From an uncultured virus (IMG/VR IMGVR_UViG_3300017991_000074) (Duplodnaviria; Heunggongvirae; Uroviricota; Caudoviricetes), in IMG/VR virus record IMGVR_UViG_3300017991_000074: a DNA stretch of 64,000 bases. One strand, given 5' to 3'. Under the pieces are notes generated by a model. That model worked only from the letters and a program-made list of their open reading frames with translations. It was not told where the DNA came from and did not search any database. The translations under genes and the position numbers were made by a program. Positions 10,268 to 18,639 of this stretch are shown in pieces (the stretch's first letter is position 1; each line of letters opens with the position of its first letter).

Positions 10268-10876
10268 ATGGAGATCGAGAAGTGTAAGTATCGGCAGGCC
10301 AAGAGAATATTCGGTCATGATTCAGGCCATGTCTGGTGTCTTCGTGGTGGAGAGTGTGGACCTCCTCAGCCTAATGGTTCGGGCTGTCCTCGACCAAACA
10401 TGGATTGGCCTGAGCTTCTTGAGGATGTGGCGACGCGGGAGGTTGTGAAGGCGATTCGGGACGCGCCCGAATGCTCTGTAGCAGCTGACCGAGTGCTCGT
10501 TGATATGCTGGGGATGACGTCGCCGATGTTCCGTCGCGCCGTCTCCTACGTCAAGGGGCTGCACGGGATGGTGAGCGCTCTGAATGCATTTGTGGAGCGA
10601 TTCAAGGGCGAGGCTGGGGAGGCACGCGCCGAGCGCGACGCCCTGCAGGCGGAGTTGGAGCGGCTGGAGGCGGAGTATGATGATCTATCGCTAAAAGCCA
10701 GTAGGCGCGTGGCGGGGTGGATGGCCACCGTCGCCCGGCTCGAGGACCATTGCGCCGTCCTGGCAGACTATGTGTCGACCATAGTGCCTGCAGAAAATCG
10801 GCCTCCATGTGTCATGGAGGCGATCGAGTTCATGGCGGCGTACGACCCTATGGAGGATACCGATGAGGCCGAGTGA
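10268..10876 (+). CDS. hypothetical coiled-coil protein
   Basis: 202 aa ORF; heptad-like central region. Confidence 0.5.
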   Translation: MEIEKCKYRQAKRIFGHDSGHVWCLRGGECGPPQPNGSGCPRPNMDWPELLEDVATREVVKAIRDAPECSVAADRVLVDMLGMTSPMFRRAVSYVKGLHGMVSALNAFVERFKGEAGEARAERDALQAELERLEAEYDDLSLKASRRVAGWMATVARLEDHCAVLADYVSTIVPAENRPPCVMEAIEFMAAYDPMEDTDEAE

Positions 10877-11495
10877 GTGGATAGTGGAGACTCGCCTCGA
10901 CGGTGATCGACCCTTCCCGGAGGCCGTCGAGTGGCTGCAGGGATACAGCACGATGGCCGACGCCTGGACACAGTGTCACCGGGGCGACTGGATGATATGG
11001 GCGCTGCTGGCCGAGGGGATCGATGTGCCAGCGGCAGCCATCGAGCGGATCGTGGCACGAGCGATACGTCGCGGTCAGAAATCGCTGCGTGGCGTCCGTG
11101 CGCCGTGGGCTACCGCATGGCGCCGATGGGCTAGCCGGTGGCTATCGGGCGAGGATCGAACGGGGGCGGCGGCGAGGGAGGCGGCGGCGGACGCGGCGAG
11201 GGTGGCGTCGAGGGCGGCGTGGGCGGAGGCGGCGGGGGCGGCGGCGGACGCGGCGAGGGTGGCGTCGAGGGCGGCGTGGGCGGCGGGGGCGAGGGCGGCG
11301 TGGGCGTCGAGGGCGGCGGCGGGGGCGGCGGCGGACGCGGCGAGGGCGGCGGCGTGGGCGGCGGCGGCGTGGGCGGCGAGGGCGGCGACGGACGCGGCGG
11401 CTGCGTGGGCGGCGGCGGAGGCGGCTGAACTGCGCCTGCAGGCCCGCGATCTGCGGCGAGCTCTGCCAGAGTGGCCAGGAGGAGGAGACCGATGA
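10863..11495 (+). CDS. Ala/Trp/Arg-repeat hypothetical phage protein
   Basis: AWTQCHRGDWMIW N-terminus followed by AAWAA/ADAAR repeats, a pattern common in phage proteins. Confidence 0.7.
   Translation: MRPSEWIVETRLDGDRPFPEAVEWLQGYSTMADAWTQCHRGDWMIWALLAEGIDVPAAAIERIVARAIRRGQKSLRGVRAPWATAWRRWASRWLSGEDRTGAAAREAAADAARVASRAAWAEAAGAAADAARVASRAAWAAGARAAWASRAAAGAAADAARAAAWAAAAWAARAATDAAAAWAAAEAAELRLQARDLRRALPEWPGGGDR
11161..11425 (+). repeat. low-complexity GCG tandem repeat within coding sequence
   Basis: repeated gcggcggcggacgcggcgagggtggcgtcgagggcggcgtgggcgg units. Confidence 0.9.
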
Positions 11496-11839
11496 AACCT
11501 AGTGAGTGTGGGGCTCGAATCCCGACAGCAGTGGTGGACGTAAACGAAAGCACTGAGATAAAGGTCAATCCGCGAATGGTGTGCTGGGCCAAGGCCAACG
11601 ACATCGACCTCGAGCCTCTGCTGAACAGAGATCCAGACGAGGACATCCCATGTCTTGACAGCGGCCTTCCGTGGACAGTGGAGTTCCTTCAGTGGATACA
11701 GGGTAAGTGGAGAACCTTTCATGTCAAGAAGCTCCACGGACTTCATAGTTATCATGAGTGTTTGGCCTGCACGGTAGCCGCGACCAATGGAGACTTCGAC
11801 ATCTGGCTCAAGGCATCGATGGAGGATACGAGGAGATGA
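11492..11839 (+). CDS. hypothetical protein
   Basis: GGAGGAG Shine-Dalgarno; ATGA overlap with upstream stop. Confidence 0.55.
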   Translation: MKPSECGARIPTAVVDVNESTEIKVNPRMVCWAKANDIDLEPLLNRDPDEDIPCLDSGLPWTVEFLQWIQGKWRTFHVKKLHGLHSYHECLACTVAATNGDFDIWLKASMEDTRR

Positions 11840-11885
11840 TTTTGTAGGCACTCTCAAAGAGGCCCATGGCCGTGGGAGGAGTGAG

Positions 11886-12524
11886 ATGAGCGAGGAATGG
11901 GAAACGTATGACGCCATGAAGGCTGAAATCCAACGCCTCACTGTCGCCCTGTCCGACGCCGACGCCGAGGTCGATCGCCTGAAGAGCCATGATGACCACA
12001 GGGAGTGGCGGATAGAGCGAGACCTCCGCATCGACCGTGAAGATCAGATCGCTCGCCTGCGCAGGGACCTCAAGGAGGCTGAGATCAACGAAGCAGCGAT
12101 AAGGTCCATGTATGTTCTCTCACAACGCCGCGAAAAAGACCTCCAAGCCCTGCCGGACACCGAAAACGCGACCGGAGGGATCATGAGGAAGGCCACAGTG
12201 AACTGGGCGGCGCTGAGCAAGCGCCTGGGCGTCGAGGTGAGATCTCATAGCGAACTTGCCGCAGCAATTGGCGCACGCGAGGTGTCGGCGGTTCTGGTAT
12301 TGGTTCAGACGATTCGCGAGCAAACGAGTTCTAGGGTGGTGTGGAGAATGAGCCTCACCGGGGCAGAGGCCAAAGCGATTCTTGGATGGCTTGACGGAGC
12401 TGATCATCAGCACACAAACAGTGTGGGGCGAAGCTCATTCAGGGTCGTACTCCCGGAATCGTTGCTAAAGAGGCTGACCGCTCACCTGATAGAAGTGGCC
12501 TTGAGAAAAAGCGCGAAGGCCTGA
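11886..12524 (+). CDS. hypothetical coiled-coil protein
   Basis: GGAGGAG Shine-Dalgarno before ATG 11886. Confidence 0.5.
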   Translation: MSEEWETYDAMKAEIQRLTVALSDADAEVDRLKSHDDHREWRIERDLRIDREDQIARLRRDLKEAEINEAAIRSMYVLSQRREKDLQALPDTENATGGIMRKATVNWAALSKRLGVEVRSHSELAAAIGAREVSAVLVLVQTIREQTSSRVVWRMSLTGAEAKAILGWLDGADHQHTNSVGRSSFRVVLPESLLKRLTAHLIEVALRKSAKA

Positions 12525-12853
12525 AGTCGTAGACATCCCTCCTCTAGGAAAAGACAGCTTCATCTCAAGATTCCAAAAAATCGCGCGGAAGGAAATCCAA
12601 GAAAAAGCGCGCCCCCGAAAAGAACTAAGAAAGTACTCCCTCTAAGAGAAGAGTACAGAGGAGCGATAGAGAGAATACGTAAAGTACCACACTCATCCCA
12701 AACCCTACCCCCAACATCTGCCACCATCCCCCTATGCTCCTGGAGTGACGTCTCTCGCAAGATCCCCGTGGATCTCCTGACACCCTCCTGGAAGCCCTTT
12801 GATTTCACCTGCTTACCTCGCAAAAGAAAGCCTTGAAACCGACAAGAAAATGT

Positions 12854-12882
12854 TAGACAAACTACCGAAATCTTACTATAAT
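12854..12882 (+). promoter_or_regulatory. strong sigma70-type promoter (probable early promoter)
   Basis: TAGACA-N17-TATAAT with an A-rich upstream tract. Confidence 0.85.
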
Positions 12883-13023
12883 GAAACCATGGACGGCAAC
12901 AAAAACCAGGAGGTAACCAAAATCACGAGGTCCTAAAAATCACTCGCAGACGATGCTCACTGACCATCGTTGGCCTGGGGGAAGGACCACCCCGAACAGC
13001 TCTCTGACAATCTAATCGTGCTA

Positions 13024-13352
13024 GATGGCATTCTCATCGTGCCTTCCTCCCGCGCAACGTATGGAGGACGCATGACCGAGAAAACCAACGAGGAATTGCG
13101 GCGACAAATTTTCGACGCAGTTTCCGAGCTAAGAGCTCGATATCGTGACGAAGATCGATACCCTCCCGATGGATTTCTTCGACACTATCACCGTCATGGT
13201 TGGTACATTTCCGAGTCAGGAATGAATCCTTCCAAGACGATGATGGGCGAGCGTGAAATCGCGGAATACGTCTACCTCGCATACCTCGAGCATTTCGAGG
13301 GAACCGTACCCGAGTAACTCTTCGTGGAGGAAGGTACGATGAGGATGCCATC
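13024..13352 (+). repeat. long-range inverted repeat 1 (arms 13024-13050 and 13326-13352) enclosing ORF 13072..13317
   Basis: 27 bp: 25 Watson-Crick and 2 G.U pairs. Confidence 0.95.
13072..13317 (+). CDS. hypothetical early protein (81 aa)
   Basis: GGAGG before ATG 13072; MTEKTNEELRRQIFDAV... Confidence 0.7.
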   Translation: MTEKTNEELRRQIFDAVSELRARYRDEDRYPPDGFLRHYHRHGWYISESGMNPSKTMMGEREIAEYVYLAYLEHFEGTVPE

Positions 13353-13355
13353 AAC

Positions 13356-14171
13356 GTTACGTTGCATCGAGAGGCTGGTCGTCGGGCTTTTCGAGGGAAA
13401 GCATGAACGTTTTCCCGGAAAGCGAGATGAAAGTCATGAACGCAACTGAGTTTCTAGCCGACATGATCGGAAGTGGTACGGACGACCAGACCAACGAGAC
13501 GCCTGATGAGGACGCTGTAGAGATGCAGAACTTCATCGCGCGCTGCCCCAACGGCGAGATCCTCGTCAATCGCCGGTCCGTGGACAGGCCGGCCTTCAAG
13601 TTCGTCGTGGTTGGCTACGAGCAAAACACGAGGGAACTCGGGGTCTTCCACTGGACCTCGAGTGACTCGAAGGCACGGCTCAAAGGCGTGATCACGGGGA
13701 ACCTGAAGAAGGCGGAGGAGCGTGGTGCGGCCCTGGTGGCCGACGACATCCACGTCCTGGAGGCCGAGGCAGTCGACGAGGTTCCCGAGGGAGCTCTGAC
13801 CTTCAAGCGGGGTCAGCGCCACTTCATGCCGCTCCCCCAGCTCTCGCTGGAGGAGAGGTTGGAGAATCTTCGAGAGAAGCTCCAGAGCGCCGAGACCGAC
13901 GAGGCCAGGGAGCGGCTGGAGGAGAGGATCACGAAGCTGGAGGAGCGCATCGTCAAGGCGAACCTGAGGGCCGAGGCAGAGATCGAGAAAGCTCTCGCCG
14001 AGGCAACCGCGGAAGACACCTTCCGGCTCAAGAAGGAGGCCGTCGCCGCGGCAAGGGAGCGAGGTCTCTCCCAGGAGAACGTGGTGAAGAACGACGCTGG
14101 CGAATGGGTCATCGTGGTTCGATAGAGAAGTGAAACCCTGCTCGACGACCAGTCTCTCGAGGCAATGTGGC
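13356..14171 (+). repeat. long-range inverted repeat 2 (arms 13356-13387 and 14140-14171) enclosing ORF 13403..14125
   Basis: 32 bp: 26 Watson-Crick, 5 G.U, 1 A.G mismatch. Confidence 0.95.
13403..14125 (+). CDS. hypothetical early protein with C-terminal coiled coil
   Basis: 240 aa ORF with strong codon bias; exact start uncertain. Confidence 0.75.
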   Translation: MNVFPESEMKVMNATEFLADMIGSGTDDQTNETPDEDAVEMQNFIARCPNGEILVNRRSVDRPAFKFVVVGYEQNTRELGVFHWTSSDSKARLKGVITGNLKKAEERGAALVADDIHVLEAEAVDEVPEGALTFKRGQRHFMPLPQLSLEERLENLREKLQSAETDEARERLEERITKLEERIVKANLRAEAEIEKALAEATAEDTFRLKKEAVAAARERGLSQENVVKNDAGEWVIVVR

Positions 14172-14181
14172 AAGGAGATCG

Positions 14182-14340
14182 ATGATGAAGGTGCGGATGT
14201 ACAACGAGCGAGGAATCCCAATAGTATTCACTGTTTCCCCCGAGGATCGGTTCTGTTTTGACCACGGGTTCTACTCGGAAGATAGCTGTGAGTTCTGCAC
14301 CGCTGAAGAGCTCGAGAGGGACGAAGAGGAGGAGGAGTAG
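14182..14340 (+). CDS. small acidic Cys/His protein (52 aa, not in ORF track)
   Basis: AAGGAG before ATG; MMKVRMYNERG...CFDHG...CEFC...EEEEE stop. Confidence 0.65.
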   Translation: MMKVRMYNERGIPIVFTVSPEDRFCFDHGFYSEDSCEFCTAEELERDEEEEE

Positions 14341-14341
14341 G

Positions 14342-14554
14342 ATGGCGTTTCCCGTAGCGATAGCGACCGTGATGCTGACCGAGACGAGGAAGGGAGAGGA
14401 GGACCAGCTCGAGTGCAGTCAGTGTTTCACGCTAAAGGCTACGTGTGACGTGGGGTTGGTGCAGAAGAGCTTGTTGACGAGGGATGACCACGATTCGGTA
14501 GAGTACTTGTTGGTGTGCCACACATGCCGCAAGAAAGCGAAGTTTTGGCCGTAG
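14342..14554 (+). CDS. small Zn-finger-like protein
   Basis: CSQC...CHTC; GGAGGAG upstream. Confidence 0.6.
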   Translation: MAFPVAIATVMLTETRKGEEDQLECSQCFTLKATCDVGLVQKSLLTRDDHDSVEYLLVCHTCRKKAKFWP

Positions 14555-14558
14555 GAGG

Positions 14559-14759
14559 ATGAGGATGGTAGAGATTGACCAGGCAGGGGCAACCGTGGAG
14601 GAAGCGGTGGGGATCATTGAAGAGAAGCAGGTCGTGTTCTCCGCTGTGAGTCTCCGTGGAGAGGGGATGGTTCTCCGCTGGGGGGAGGAGCTCGAGAACA
14701 GGATTGACGCCATGTCCCTGGGGGAAGCGCTCATCAAGCTCGCCACGTTCGTCGGCTAG
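14559..14759 (+). CDS. hypothetical protein
   Basis: AGGAGG upstream; follows the previous ORF directly. Confidence 0.55.
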   Translation: MRMVEIDQAGATVEEAVGIIEEKQVVFSAVSLRGEGMVLRWGEELENRIDAMSLGEALIKLATFVG

Positions 14760-14988
14760 CGACGATTTTCGACTTTTTCGCCGAAAAGTACGGTTTCCGT
14801 CTAGGGGAGGGTACAGCTCTCCGAGAAAACGCAAAAACTGAAAACGCTATGTAAGCGACTTTGTTAGGCCGGGCCTTGTAAGGTGCCCAACGACATGTAG
14901 GTTTTTGTCGTTATGGTCCTTGGGAGGGGTACCTGAGGGGCTCATGGAGGCGCTCATGGTGGAAGGAAGGGCTAAGCATAGGAATTGT

Positions 14989-15027
14989 TTGACTTTTTGT
15001 ACTGCCCTATCCTATACTTCAGTATAG
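14989..15027 (+). promoter_or_regulatory. sigma70-type promoter with overlapping palindrome
   Basis: TTGACT-N18-TATACT; CTATACT-tc-AGTATAG at 15012-15027. Confidence 0.65.
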
Positions 15028-15096
15028 TCCCTGAAGATCTCATTTCTTCAACTGGCGAGGGGCACATGCAGGTGCCCAAAGACATAGGAGAAAGAC

Positions 15097-15462
15097 ATGG
15101 TAGACGCCGGTGTTGCGAACCTATCCCCACCCGACCTATCGCGTATCCGTAAAGGACCCTACCCCCTCAAGAGGGGCGTGACCGACAAGGAGTGGCTGGA
15201 GACGTACCAGCTCTTCGTCGATCTCGCTCTTCTCACCGCGGAGGAGTATGAGCCAGAGGACTATCAGCTACTAGCCTGCTATGACATAGCGCACTATGAG
15301 TGGTGCCTGAGGAGACGGGACAAATGGCTCGAGCATTTCATCAACGCTTTCATCAATGGCTGGGCCACATCGATGAAAACGGCGGGCGGGATGAAAGACT
15401 TCATAGAGACCGGCATCGTACATAGCAAGGCCCTCTCTCTACGTCGTACCTCCGTTATATAG
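15097..15462 (+). CDS. hypothetical protein
   Basis: AGGAG before ATG; 121 aa. Confidence 0.7.
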   Translation: MVDAGVANLSPPDLSRIRKGPYPLKRGVTDKEWLETYQLFVDLALLTAEEYEPEDYQLLACYDIAHYEWCLRRRDKWLEHFINAFINGWATSMKTAGGMKDFIETGIVHSKALSLRRTSVI

Positions 15463-15650
15463 GACACACACGCATAGCCTCTGATGAATAACGCTCACCG
15501 ATAGGCCATTCGCCTCCCCCAGCCTTTCCGACAGGACGCGAAGCGATATGCCAGGCCCTGTTCTGCCTCGACTATGCCTCCGCTATGACCCCCTGTAATC
15601 GTTCCGACCATCATTGAGCTCGATACGCCCTGCAGGGGCCACCTCTACTC

Positions 15651-15780
15651 ACTTTGATTTGATTTTTGATTTCTATTGAATGTGGAGTGCCGACTTTGAT
15701 TTCTATTGGGTGGGTGGGTGTTGAATGTGGGGGTGGGGGTTGGAGCGTGGTGGTAGGGGGTAGGGGGTGGATGTGGGTGA
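15651..15780 (+). repeat. direct repeats followed by a G-run tract
   Basis: TTTGATTTCTATTG at 15665-15678 and 15695-15708, then eight runs of three or more G. Confidence 0.85.
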
Positions 15781-15843
15781 GATGACTACGGATTTCGTGT
15801 ATGGGTAGGATGTGTTAGTGTGGGAGATGAGGAGGGTGTGTGG

Positions 15844-16488
15844 ATGGGATTCGATAGGGATGAGGCGGTGAGATTGAATGAGGCTCATTGGATGGAGGGG
15901 AGGAGGGGACGGAAGGATTGGGGGGAGCGGTGTCCGGAGAGGATGTTGAGGAGGGACCGAGAGGATGAGCGGGCGATGTGCGAGATGATGTTAGAGATGG
16001 AGGATTTGCGGGATTGGATGGGGAGTGGGCAGAGGTGCAAGCGGGTGTTGGATGTGGGGTGTGGTGAGGGGCGAGCGAGGGGGGAGTTGTTGAGGAGGTT
16101 TGGTGGGGAGTATTTTGGGATTGAGTTATTGGAGGGGAAGGGGGGAGGGGAGGGTGTGCATCGGTATGCGTTGGAGGAGGTGCCTGAGGAGTGGGGTGGA
16201 TTGTTTGACGTGATTTGGGCGAACCATGTAATGGAGCATTGTTTGGATGCGGTGGAAGGTATGGGGCGGATTGGTACTCTCCTAGCGCCTGTGGGGATAT
16301 TTGGGATGGTGGTACCTGGGTTGCTGGACGATGTTGAGCCGGCGCATGTGAGTGTGATGGGGAGTGAGGATTGGCTACGCGTGATGCGAGGGGCTGGGTT
16401 GGTGCCTTTGCATGTGCGCTGGTTGCGGCGAGGCATAGTGGAGTTGCGGATTATCGCGGTACGGCGTGAGGATTATCCGAGGGGATGA
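15844..16488 (+). CDS. class I SAM-dependent methyltransferase
   Basis: VLDVGCGEG, FDVIWANHVMEH, LLAPVG; GAGGAGG upstream of ATG 15844. Confidence 0.85.
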   Translation: MGFDRDEAVRLNEAHWMEGRRGRKDWGERCPERMLRRDREDERAMCEMMLEMEDLRDWMGSGQRCKRVLDVGCGEGRARGELLRRFGGEYFGIELLEGKGGGEGVHRYALEEVPEEWGGLFDVIWANHVMEHCLDAVEGMGRIGTLLAPVGIFGMVVPGLLDDVEPAHVSVMGSEDWLRVMRGAGLVPLHVRWLRRGIVELRIIAVRREDYPRG

Positions 16489-18281
16489 TGGAGATGTTTG
16501 ACGAGCAGCGAGCAGCTGAGGAGGCGGCTGAAGAGGCGCTAGGGGACACGAGTACGATACCGCGTCGGGACTTGACGGACAAGGAGTGCGAGAGGTTGGC
16601 GGACGCCGTCCTGACCTTTTGCGAGAGGATGACTGGGATAGAGCTCTATCCCTATGAGAGGGAGTTTGGTTGGCGGGTCATATTTTCGCTATTGCGGGAG
16701 GATGCTGACGAGATCACGGCGTTGTTCTCGAGGCAGAGTGGTAAGACGGAGACGGTGGCGGTTGTCGTGGTTGGCTGCTGCGTGATTCTTCCGATTCTAG
16801 CTCGAGCCGTGCCCTGGGAGACGAGGATTTCAAAGTTCAAGGATGGTTTGTGGTGCGGGATTTACGCACCGAACTACGACCTGGCCGGGATTATGTGGAA
16901 GCGGATGAAGCTCCGCATGTACAGCCGGAGTGCGAAGACGACGCTTCTGGACCCCGACATCAACATGGATCTAACTGGGGCCGCGGAGAACTTGACCCTG
17001 GACAATGGGAGCTTTGTGGATTGCGGAAGCGCGTCGCCCCAGAGTGCGATTGAGGGTAAGACGTACCACCTCATTCTTCTCGAGGAGACCCAGGACATTT
17101 CGAGCCTGAAGATTCGGGCCTCGATTCATCCCATGGCTGCGGCGACCGCTGGGACCCTGGTGAAGATTGGAACTCCGAATACGGTGAAGAGTGAGTTCTA
17201 TGAGACCTGCCGACGCAATAAGCGACAGGATGTGGATACGGGGCGCGTGCGTCATCGCCATCGGCTGCATTATGAGTATGACTACACCGTGGTTCAGCGC
17301 TACAACCCGCGATATCGGAAGTATGCCGCGAAGGAGCGTCGGCGCTTGCAGGAGGACAGCGACGAGTTCCGGATGAAGTATCGCCTGCACTGGTTGCTTG
17401 AGCGGGGGATGTTCGTCAATCCGGACCAGTTCGATGACTGCGGCATCAAGGGTTCGAGCGACAATCTGGAAGTGATGAGGGTCAAGCGGGTGAAGCGCGG
17501 CCGTCCTCCGAAGATCAAGTTTATTCGGCCCCCAAATGTGATCACATTCGACCCGGATACGGAAGGCATGGTTGGCTCGATTGATATTGGGAAGGGAGAG
17601 AGCTCGACGGTCGTAACGGTGGGTCGTGTCTTCTGGGATGGTGGGGTGCAGTATGGGGATGAGACCCGCTATCCGATCCATGTTGCGAATTGGTTGGAGC
17701 TTTACGGTGATGACCATGAGATGCAGCATCCGCAGATCATCGACTTTCTGAAGAACTATCGTCTCTCGACTATCTGTGTCGATGCAACTGGTAAGGGCGA
17801 CCCGGTCTACAGTCGGTTGGCGGCAGAGCTGGACAAGTACAACATCTTCGTCATGCCGTTTTTGTTCTCGGCACAGTCGAAAGACTTGGGATACAAGATT
17901 CTTCACCAGGAGTTCAGCACGAGGCGGCTGACCTATCCGGCGGGGAACCAGGCCACGCGGTTGACGAAGTGGCAGCGGTTCTACAACCAGATGGTGGACC
18001 TCGAGAAGACGTGGCGTGGTCAGCGGATGATTGTCGAGAAGGCGAGAGACGACAAGCATGCGAAGGACGACTACTGCGATTCGTTGATGATGCTATGCTG
18101 GGCGGTGAACGCTGCTGGAACGATGGAGGTGGAGCAGGCGCCGAATCCGATGATTGGTCGAGCGGCTAGGTGGGAGATAGCTCGGTCGGTCAAGGAGGCT
18201 GGGGCGTGGTTCAGGCGAGCGGTCAATCCACGCGGGTCGATTCCGACTCAGCGTAGGAGTAAGAAAGGGAAATGGGATTGA
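16485..18281 (+). CDS. terL: terminase large subunit
   Basis: Walker A SRQSGKTET, Walker B LILLEE, GTP coupling motif, nuclease motifs SIDIG, VDATGKG, DDYCDS. Confidence 0.93.
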   Translation: MMEMFDEQRAAEEAAEEALGDTSTIPRRDLTDKECERLADAVLTFCERMTGIELYPYEREFGWRVIFSLLREDADEITALFSRQSGKTETVAVVVVGCCVILPILARAVPWETRISKFKDGLWCGIYAPNYDLAGIMWKRMKLRMYSRSAKTTLLDPDINMDLTGAAENLTLDNGSFVDCGSASPQSAIEGKTYHLILLEETQDISSLKIRASIHPMAAATAGTLVKIGTPNTVKSEFYETCRRNKRQDVDTGRVRHRHRLHYEYDYTVVQRYNPRYRKYAAKERRRLQEDSDEFRMKYRLHWLLERGMFVNPDQFDDCGIKGSSDNLEVMRVKRVKRGRPPKIKFIRPPNVITFDPDTEGMVGSIDIGKGESSTVVTVGRVFWDGGVQYGDETRYPIHVANWLELYGDDHEMQHPQIIDFLKNYRLSTICVDATGKGDPVYSRLAAELDKYNIFVMPFLFSAQSKDLGYKILHQEFSTRRLTYPAGNQATRLTKWQRFYNQMVDLEKTWRGQRMIVEKARDDKHAKDDYCDSLMMLCWAVNAAGTMEVEQAPNPMIGRAARWEIARSVKEAGAWFRRAVNPRGSIPTQRRSKKGKWD

Positions 18282-18282
18282 G

Positions 18283-18639
18283 ATGCAGAAGAAGACAATG
18301 CACAACACGGATATTTCTGGGGCGAAGAAGAACGCCGGGGACCTGCGGGTCTTTGGCGACGGCGATTTGTTCCAGCTCTTGTCGAAGGCATCCTCCCAGG
18401 AGGAGGGCTGGATGAAGAGTACGAAGGCGATGATGATCGAGGGGGTGGGCTGCGTGGTCCAGGTCACGACGCAGCAGCGCAATGCGGATGGGAGCTATGC
18501 CTTGGCCGAGGCGGCGACCTTCGTGCCGGACGTGATGATCGTCGGCGATGCGGAGAGCGGGAGGCGGCTCGAGCTGGTGGAGCGCGTCGAGCTTGCGGTG
18601 GATGACGATGCTCGGATTGAGAATCAGGGAGGTTGGTGA
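18283..18639 (+). CDS. phage hypothetical protein
   Basis: GWMKSTKAM...GCVVQVTTQQ motif recalled from other phages (unverified). Confidence 0.65.
   Translation: MQKKTMHNTDISGAKKNAGDLRVFGDGDLFQLLSKASSQEEGWMKSTKAMMIEGVGCVVQVTTQQRNADGSYALAEAATFVPDVMIVGDAESGRRLELVERVELAVDDDARIENQGGW

Noticed and set aside
11023..12031. Pro-rich, Gly-rich and Arg-rich ORFs in other frames
   Set aside because: Shadow translations of the GCG repeat; only the Ala/Trp frame is coupled to its neighbours
12525..12850. tRNA or known ncRNA in the long intergenic region
   Set aside because: No cloverleaf or T-loop consensus seen; purine-rich then C-rich low-complexity sequence
12970..13071. N-terminal extension of the ORF listed as 12970..13317
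   Set aside because: TTG start without a Shine-Dalgarno that runs through the stem arm; ATG 13072 has GGAGG
13024..14171. Inverted repeats read as IS/MITE ends or invertase sites
   Set aside because: No transposase or recombinase nearby, no target-site duplication, the two repeats are unrelated in sequence, and mismatches are strand-specifically G.U
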